Assembly: GCA_964509675.1 (NCBI GenBank)
Contig: CAZDXC010000002.1
Coordinates: 71,425 to 135,424, forward strand
DNA length: 64,000 nucleotides
DNA from: Candidatus Woesearchaeota archaeon
Lineage (GTDB): Archaea > Nanobdellota > Nanobdellia > Pacearchaeales > GW2011-AR1
Direction of reading: 5' to 3'
Part shown: piece after piece, positions 59,038 to 64,000 of the stretch
Layout: the number at the start of each line of letters is the position of its first letter
Numbering within the stretch: position 1 is the first letter of the stretch
The notes under the pieces: model-generated
Seen by the model: only the letters and a program-made list of their open reading frames with translations
Database searches by the model: none
What the model was told of the DNA's origin: nothing
Position numbers and translations under genes: made by a program

Positions 59038-59439
59038 TTAATATACACTAGATGCGATTTTTGCAACTGAAGGCCACCGCTCCATAACTTCCCTTGCAAC
59101 TACTCCTTTAATCTGTGTTCCTTTTGGATTTCCTTTTTCGTCCTTCAAAAGAGCAACTGCATTGTCTTCAAATGCAATTCTCTCTCCATTTAGTCTCCTG
59201 TAGGGTCTTTTTTGTCTTACCACTATTGCATCAAATACTTTTCCTTTCATGTCTGGAACACCTTTTCTCACACTTACTTTTACCCAATCTGCTATTTTTG
59301 CATATCCCTGTCTTCCTTTTGTGCTTTTTCCTCTCTTTACAGAGACAAGTTTGACAATCTTTGCTCCGCTATTATCAGCAGCAATAATTTCTGCTCCAAG
59401 ATTTAATCCACGTGTTACTTTTGCATTTATTGCTTTCAT
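59038..59439 (-). CDS. rpl14: 50S ribosomal protein uL14
   Basis: GLNLGAEIIAADNSGAK signature. Confidence 0.9.
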   Translation of the reverse strand: MKAINAKVTRGLNLGAEIIAADNSGAKIVKLVSVKRGKSTKGRQGYAKIADWVKVSVRKGVPDMKGKVFDAIVVRQKRPYRRLNGERIAFEDNAVALLKDEKGNPKGTQIKGVVAREVMERWPSVAKIASSVY

Positions 59440-59786
59440 TTAGTTTCTCCTGATTTTATTTTTTTAATTACAACAAAATGGATTATCTTGCTTAATGGAC
59501 GACATTCCTGCACCATTATATAATCTCCAATATTGATTTCATTTTCCATACAAGAAGGAAGATGTGCATGGATTTTTGTTTTTGATTTAAAATATCTCTC
59601 ATATTTTCTTGAATAAATCATTCTTTCAAATTCAATTACAATCCTGCCTTTGAATTTTTTGGTTACCTTTCCCTCAAAAATTCTTCCTCTTACTTTCAAA
59701 TTTCCATGAATGTGACATTTCTTATCATTGCAGATAGCTCCGGCTATCTCTTTTCCTTCTATCTTTTTATTTTCTTTCTTTTTCAT
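59436..59786 (-). CDS. rps17: 30S ribosomal protein uS17
   Basis: CNDKKCHIHG...VRGRIFEGKV archaeal uS17 N-terminus. Confidence 0.85.
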   Translation of the reverse strand: MKKKENKKIEGKEIAGAICNDKKCHIHGNLKVRGRIFEGKVTKKFKGRIVIEFERMIYSRKYERYFKSKTKIHAHLPSCMENEINIGDYIMVQECRPLSKIIHFVVIKKIKSGETK

Positions 59787-59801
59787 TTTCTGTTTGTTGT
59801 G

Positions 59802-60095
59802 TTAATCTATCGCCTCTTCATCAAATCCAAGTTTCACAAGAGCTTCTTTTATCTTCTTCCTGTGGTCTCCTTGAAGCTCTACTTCATTGTTTCTGTAAGT
59901 TCCGCCGCATGCAAGCTCATTTTTCAGGGCTTTTGCGATTTCTTTTACATTCACTCCATCAAGTCCACTTACGATAGTGACATACTTCCCGTATCTTTTT
60001 CGTTCGGTAGTCACTTTTATATTCTGTGAACCCTTTGCGATTTTTTCACACACACAGGCTTGCTTAGGCAAGCCACATTTTGGACATATTTCCAT
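59802..60095 (-). CDS. Translation initiation factor aSUI1 (eIF1 homologue) with N-terminal zinc ribbon
   Basis: CPKCGLPKQACVC zinc ribbon. SUI1 fold. Conserved position between uL29 and uS17. Confidence 0.75.
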   Translation of the reverse strand: MEICPKCGLPKQACVCEKIAKGSQNIKVTTERKRYGKYVTIVSGLDGVNVKEIAKALKNELACGGTYRNNEVELQGDHRKKIKEALVKLGFDEEAID

Positions 60096-60099
60096 TGTT

Positions 60100-60315
60100 T
60101 TACTTATTTATCTCAATTTTCTTTGAAGATTTGTCTTCTTCATTATTGAGTGTGAATATTCTTGCAATTATTTTTTTAATCTCCTTTGTCTTTGAAGTTC
60201 CTGTCTTTGAAGCATGAGCCTTGGATTTTACCAATTCAAATTTTAATTCTTCTATTTTTTTCATTCTTTCTTCCTTGTTCATTTTTTTGATATCTTTTGT
60301 TTTTAATGTTGCCAT
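60100..60315 (-). CDS. rpl29: 50S ribosomal protein uL29
   Basis: 71 aa helical. MATLKTKDIKKMNKEERMKKIEELKFEL. Confidence 0.85.
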   Translation of the reverse strand: MATLKTKDIKKMNKEERMKKIEELKFELVKSKAHASKTGTSKTKEIKKIIARIFTLNNEEDKSSKKIEINK

Positions 60316-60316
60316 T

Positions 60317-61012
60317 TTATTTTTTCTTCACTTTTCTCTTTGGTTTTTCTTCCTTCTGCTTTTCAGCTTCTATATTTATTTTTAATTTTTCTAAAACATC
60401 TTTATTAATATCCAGTCTGTCCTTTAGAATTGCGTAAGGAGAAAGAATACTAACTTTAACTCCGATTGTTCCAGGTCTTGTCTGTGCTACTGCTTTGGCT
60501 CTGTCAACGACTTTTGCACTGTCTCCGATTTTCTTTAAATATCCTTGTGCAAATCTCCATGTTTTTGCTCTTGAACCAGGAAGTTTTCCACTTAAAATAA
60601 TTTCTGCCCCCAAAGCTCCCGCATCCATTATTTTTTGCAGACTTTTATATGCTATAACTTTGAATTTTAAAGGCCCAAGTCTCTCTAACCCGAGTGCAAT
60701 TTCATCTGCAACTATCTGCGCATCAAACTCGGGCTGTTTTATTTCATCAATTTCTACTCTTGGATTTTCAAGTTTGAATTTTGTTTTTAATACATTTGTA
60801 AGTTCATCTATTTTTTCTCCTCTTTTTCCTATAATCAATCCCGGTTTGTTTGTTGAAACAATGACTTTTTCTCCTACTGGAGTATATTCTATTTTTACTT
60901 TGCTTATTTTCCCCTTTCCAAGTATGCTTTTAATATATTCCTTAATAGCAAACTCGTCTTTCTTAAATTTTACAATATTTTTTTCTTCCATCATGAAAAA
61001 TCCCAACTCCAA
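60317..61012 (-). CDS. rps3: 30S ribosomal protein uS3 (KH domain; Lys/Glu-rich C-tail)
   Basis: KH motif GLIIGKRGEKI. The start may be the internal MMEEK. Confidence 0.9.
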   Translation of the reverse strand: MELGFFMMEEKNIVKFKKDEFAIKEYIKSILGKGKISKVKIEYTPVGEKVIVSTNKPGLIIGKRGEKIDELTNVLKTKFKLENPRVEIDEIKQPEFDAQIVADEIALGLERLGPLKFKVIAYKSLQKIMDAGALGAEIILSGKLPGSRAKTWRFAQGYLKKIGDSAKVVDRAKAVAQTRPGTIGVKVSILSPYAILKDRLDINKDVLEKLKINIEAEKQKEEKPKRKVKKK

Positions 61013-61072
61013 GGGAATGTTTCATCCGCAAGTCTTAGCTGAGGACTGAAAAAATTTATTTCTTCTTTCATT

Positions 61073-61672
61073 TTAACTTCTTGGTTTTTTCTCGATAGCT
61101 TTTATTTTAATATGAGTCCTTTTTTTTCTGACACTCCCAAATCTGCCATAGGGTTGTGAAGCTTTATTTGAAACAGCCTCATTGATTATCGGTTCTTCCA
61201 ATCCATTTACATTTGAATTTGCCTGCAGGTTTTTTAACATCTTTATAAAAAATCCAATGGCCTTTATAGGATATCTTCCCGACATAATTTTTCCTTTTCT
61301 GTGGGGAATTTCTCCTTTCATTGGAATTGCTTTTTTAAATTTCAAAACTTCCTCTAAATCTGCAATTGCCTTTCTTATACTTTTCTTTTTTATGAATTTA
61401 CAGATTGCAACAGAATCTTTTGTTGATATTGGCAAACTAATCCCATTAATAACTGCCTCATCTTTTTTGATTTTCTTTTCTTTCTTTTCTTTTTTTTCAA
61501 CCTTTTTTTCTTCTTTTTTCTCGGTTTTTTCAACTTCTTCGACTTTTGTTGCTTTAGTTTCAACCTTTTTTTCTTCTTTTACAGGAGTTTCTATTTTTTG
61601 CTCTGCTGCATTTTTTTGTTTTTGCATTGTTTTCATCATTTTTTGATGTGGGTTATAATCTTTTTCTGTCAT
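61073..61672 (-). CDS. rpl22: 50S ribosomal protein uL22 with ~70-aa N-terminal Lys/Glu-rich low-complexity extension
   Basis: C-terminal uL22 core. N-terminal (E/K)n repeats. Confidence 0.8.
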   Translation of the reverse strand: MTEKDYNPHQKMMKTMQKQKNAAEQKIETPVKEEKKVETKATKVEEVEKTEKKEEKKVEKKEKKEKKIKKDEAVINGISLPISTKDSVAICKFIKKKSIRKAIADLEEVLKFKKAIPMKGEIPHRKGKIMSGRYPIKAIGFFIKMLKNLQANSNVNGLEEPIINEAVSNKASQPYGRFGSVRKKRTHIKIKAIEKKPRS

Positions 61673-61677
61673 TTTGA

Positions 61678-62076
61678 TTATTTCTTAGATTGGGATTTAC
61701 TTCCTTTTGTTGCTCCAACTCCTGCACTTCCATGTTTAATTTTTCCTCTTGTTGGAGAAAATTCTCCTAATCTATGCCCCAACATTTGGTTTGTTATTTC
61801 TACTGGGACAAATGTATGTCCGTTGTAAATTTGAATTCTCATTCCAACCATCTGAGGAACAATAACTAATTCTCTCTTGTGAGTTTTTACTAGTTTATTT
61901 TTCTCTATTTTTTTCTTTGCTCTGCTGATGAAATTTTCTATAATCTGAAAATGTTTGAGAACAGCCCTTCTCTGCCGAGCTTTTAAATATTTTGCAAATT
62001 CCCGAACATCTAAAGATTTCAGTTCTTCAATAGTCTTTCCACGAAATGTAAATTGTTTTTTAATTAATTCTGGCAT
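61678..62076 (-). CDS. rps19: 30S ribosomal protein uS19
   Basis: NGHTFVPVEI...GHRLGEFSPTR signature. Confidence 0.9.
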   Translation of the reverse strand: MPELIKKQFTFRGKTIEELKSLDVREFAKYLKARQRRAVLKHFQIIENFISRAKKKIEKNKLVKTHKRELVIVPQMVGMRIQIYNGHTFVPVEITNQMLGHRLGEFSPTRGKIKHGSAGVGATKGSKSQSKK

Positions 62077-62077
62077 T

Positions 62078-62779
62078 TTATCTTTTCTTCTTTCCTGTTC
62101 TCTTTGGCCTTAATAATCCTACTTTTGCTCCAGGAGGAGCATTTCTTTTGGCAATTTTTCCCTTTATTCTTTTTCCTCTACCGCTTCCGAAAGGATGGTC
62201 TATTGCATTCATTTTTACTGCAGAAGTTCTTGGCCATAATTTATTTCTTGATTTTTTAATATAAAAGTTCTTACCTGCTTTAACAATCGGTTTGTCCAGT
62301 CTTCCTGCCCCCGCAACAACCCCAATTATTGCCCTGCATTTAGGATTGAATTTTTTTTCTTTTTTGGAAGGCATTAAAATAAAAATGTTTTTCCCCACAA
62401 TTCTATTAACAATAGCAAAACTTCCTGCCGTTTTTATGAATACACCTCCATCTCCGGGCCTTGATTCTATATCATAAATGAATGTTTTTATTGGAATATC
62501 TTTTAATCTCAAGATATTTCCATCTTTAATTTCATTTCCTTCAAAATTTATTTTTTGCCCTTCAATCATTCCTTTGCATGCAGGAATGTAGAATATTCCT
62601 TTATTATATCTGATTTTTGCCAAAGGAGCAGAGTGTCCCGGTGAATTAAATAATTCTACAACAATTCCTTCTTTAGTAAGTTCTCGTGGATATTTTAATC
62701 TGAATCTGTAAGCATTTCTTCTTACTCTGTAACTGAAACTTCCTTTTCCTCTAGCCTGTTGAATTATTCTTTTTCCCAT
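62078..62779 (-). CDS. rpl2: 50S ribosomal protein uL2
   Basis: GKRIIQQARGKGS start. GGVFIKTAG and HPFGSGRG motifs. Confidence 0.95.
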   Translation of the reverse strand: MGKRIIQQARGKGSFSYRVRRNAYRFRLKYPRELTKEGIVVELFNSPGHSAPLAKIRYNKGIFYIPACKGMIEGQKINFEGNEIKDGNILRLKDIPIKTFIYDIESRPGDGGVFIKTAGSFAIVNRIVGKNIFILMPSKKEKKFNPKCRAIIGVVAGAGRLDKPIVKAGKNFYIKKSRNKLWPRTSAVKMNAIDHPFGSGRGKRIKGKIAKRNAPPGAKVGLLRPKRTGKKKR

Positions 62780-62784
62780 TTTCC

Positions 62785-63024
62785 TTACATTAATCCTAAT
62801 TTCGTTGCTATATCAATAGCAGGAAATTCTTTTTTTAATTTAACATAAACATATTTTTTGTTTCCTTTAATCATTGTTCTTAAACTTTTGATTTTAACAT
62901 TGAATAAATTTGCAATTTCTTTTGCAATCTCAATCTTTGTTCTTTCTTTTTCAGTTACAAAAGTCAAAACATTTTGCATTTCTATTGCCATAACTGCTTT
63001 TTCTGTTACAATCGGTTTCATCAT
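62785..63024 (-). CDS. rpl23: 50S ribosomal protein uL23
   Basis: 79 aa. KPIVTEKAV...TFVT...KIEIAKEI pattern. Confidence 0.85.
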   Translation of the reverse strand: MMKPIVTEKAVMAIEMQNVLTFVTEKERTKIEIAKEIANLFNVKIKSLRTMIKGNKKYVYVKLKKEFPAIDIATKLGLM

Positions 63025-63641
63025 TTTCTTAATTCCTCTGGAATTTTATATTTTGAAAATTTAGAAAATAAATTTTTTCCATATATTAATCTTGAAAAAC
63101 ATTCTGCTTCTAATTCACAATCTTCTAATGCATTATGAGCATTTCTATTATCTTCCATTCCAACAAAATTTAATATGTTTTTTAAGCCCATGTCAGTATA
63201 ATCCTCTTTAATCAAAAATTTTTTATAAATATCAAAATATCTTATTAATGCAATTGTTGATATGTCCAAAGTTCTATGATAAAAAGGAACTTTTAACCCA
63301 TATTTATTTGCCTTTGTCCAGATAAATCCATAATCAAATTGCGGATTATGACATATAAAGTTTTTAATCTTACATTTTTTAATAAATTCAAAGAAATTTT
63401 CTATTAATTGTTTCTCTGATTGTTTATCCTTATCTCTCATCTGTTCTTCTGTCATATCTACAACTTCTATAACTGATTTTGCATTTACTAAATTTGTTGC
63501 ATTTATTATTTCATATTCTTCATTTAGTCTAGCATTCTCAAGGAAAATATTTTTAGGATTTTCTAACTCAATTGCTCCAATCTGTAAAATTCCGCATTTA
63601 GTGAAATCTGCTCCGCTTGTTTCAATATCTACAACTATCAT
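63021..63641 (-). CDS. DEDDh-family (DnaQ-like) 3'-5' exonuclease embedded in the ribosomal protein operon
   Basis: Exo I VVDIETSG. Exo II HNPQFDYGFI. Exo III HNALEDCELE (H-x4-D). 206 aa. 4-nt overlaps with both the uL4 stop and the uL23 start. Confidence 0.7.
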   Translation of the reverse strand: MIVVDIETSGADFTKCGILQIGAIELENPKNIFLENARLNEEYEIINATNLVNAKSVIEVVDMTEEQMRDKDKQSEKQLIENFFEFIKKCKIKNFICHNPQFDYGFIWTKANKYGLKVPFYHRTLDISTIALIRYFDIYKKFLIKEDYTDMGLKNILNFVGMEDNRNAHNALEDCELEAECFSRLIYGKNLFSKFSKYKIPEELRK

Positions 63642-64000
63642 TTTAGTTTTTCTCCTATCTCATCAATTGCTTTTTCAGTGTAAATTGTAAGTCTCCCAAT
63701 CCCCCCTTTTGCGAGATCACTCACATTCAAATTCCCAACATTTTTTGTATCTATTATGTTTGTTTTTAATTTTTCTTTCTTTCCTGTTACTAAGAGCAAC
63801 CCCAAATTTTTTTTGTATTTTCTTCCCCTTGATTTTCCCTTTCCACTTCTTATTGTTTTTTTCTTTAGAGATATTTCAAACAAATCCCCCAGAATTTTTT
63901 TCAGACTCTCTATTAAGGTTTTTGTTTTCAAAGAAATTATTTTTGATTCAACGACAATTGGCAGCCCCGAAATTTTTTTGCTTTTTAATTTTTCATATCT
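63638..64000 (-). CDS. rpl4: 50S ribosomal protein uL4 (3' portion; gene continues beyond the window end)
   Basis: SGKGKSRGRKYK and C-terminal AKGGIGRLTIYTEKAIDEI match archaeal uL4. Expected position upstream of uL23. Confidence 0.75.
   Translation of the reverse strand, partial: RYEKLKSKKISGLPIVVESKIISLKTKTLIESLKKILGDLFEISLKKKTIRSGKGKSRGRKYKKNLGLLLVTGKKEKLKTNIIDTKNVGNLNVSDLAKGGIGRLTIYTEKAIDEIGEKLK

Noticed and set aside
1-64000. Searched for tRNA/rRNA genes, CRISPR arrays, transposases/integrases and flanking direct repeats that would mark the glycan region as a mobile island
   Set aside because: There are no GC-rich tRNA-like stretches, no regularly spaced repeats, and no transposase or integrase-like ORFs. 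Intergenic spacers are short AT-rich promoter-like sequences only. The island appears chromosomal.

Overview
This is an AT-rich (~30% GC) archaeal contig with lysine-rich proteins. The lineage call rests on eS4, eL32, eL19, aSUI1, AglB and an archaeal-order ribosomal protein cluster. The minimal gene content suggests DPANN, but that is an inference. The window has three parts. (1) Positions 1-2.9 kb carry secF-secD, with the SecF N-terminus lying outside the window. (2) Positions ~2.9-49.1 kb are one very large glycosylation / cell-envelope modification island. It carries a Wzx/AglR-like flippase, AglB (WWDYG motif), an AglH-like GlcNAc-1-P transferase, GT2/GT4/GT9/GT-C glycosyltransferases, an ADP-heptose module (HldE, GmhB), two epimerases, 6-7 methyltransferases and a CE4 deacetylase. 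It also carries a class I aminotransferase, an ALS-like TPP enzyme and an APH-fold kinase. Most notably it carries NINE radical SAM enzymes: five cobalamin-binding class-B types and four SPASM/twitch types. (3) Positions ~49-64 kb carry a SpoIIM-like membrane protein, an aIF-2B-family protein, prefoldin alpha, an archaeal DUF106 (YidC-like) protein and SecY. They are followed by the ribosomal run uL15, uL30, uS5, uL18, eL19, eL32, uL6, uS8, uS14, uL5, eS4, uL24, uL14, uS17, aSUI1, uL29, uS3, uL22, uS19, uL2, uL23 and uL4 (partial), all on the minus strand. Unusual points: (a) a DEDDh (DnaQ-like) 3'-5' exonuclease gene inserted between uL4 and uL23 with 4-nt overlaps; (b) a GT9 heptosyltransferase fused to a NUDIX hydrolase; (c) a deoxyhypusine-synthase-like gene inside the hldE-gmhB operon, plus a 64-aa ORF resembling only the hypusine-loop N-domain of aIF5A; (d) a minus-strand operon combining two B12-radical-SAM enzymes, a UPF0104 membrane protein, a pol-beta nucleotidyltransferase, an alkaline-phosphatase-superfamily enzyme, an epimerase and a methyltransferase. 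No tRNA, rRNA, CRISPR, transposase or integrase was recognised.
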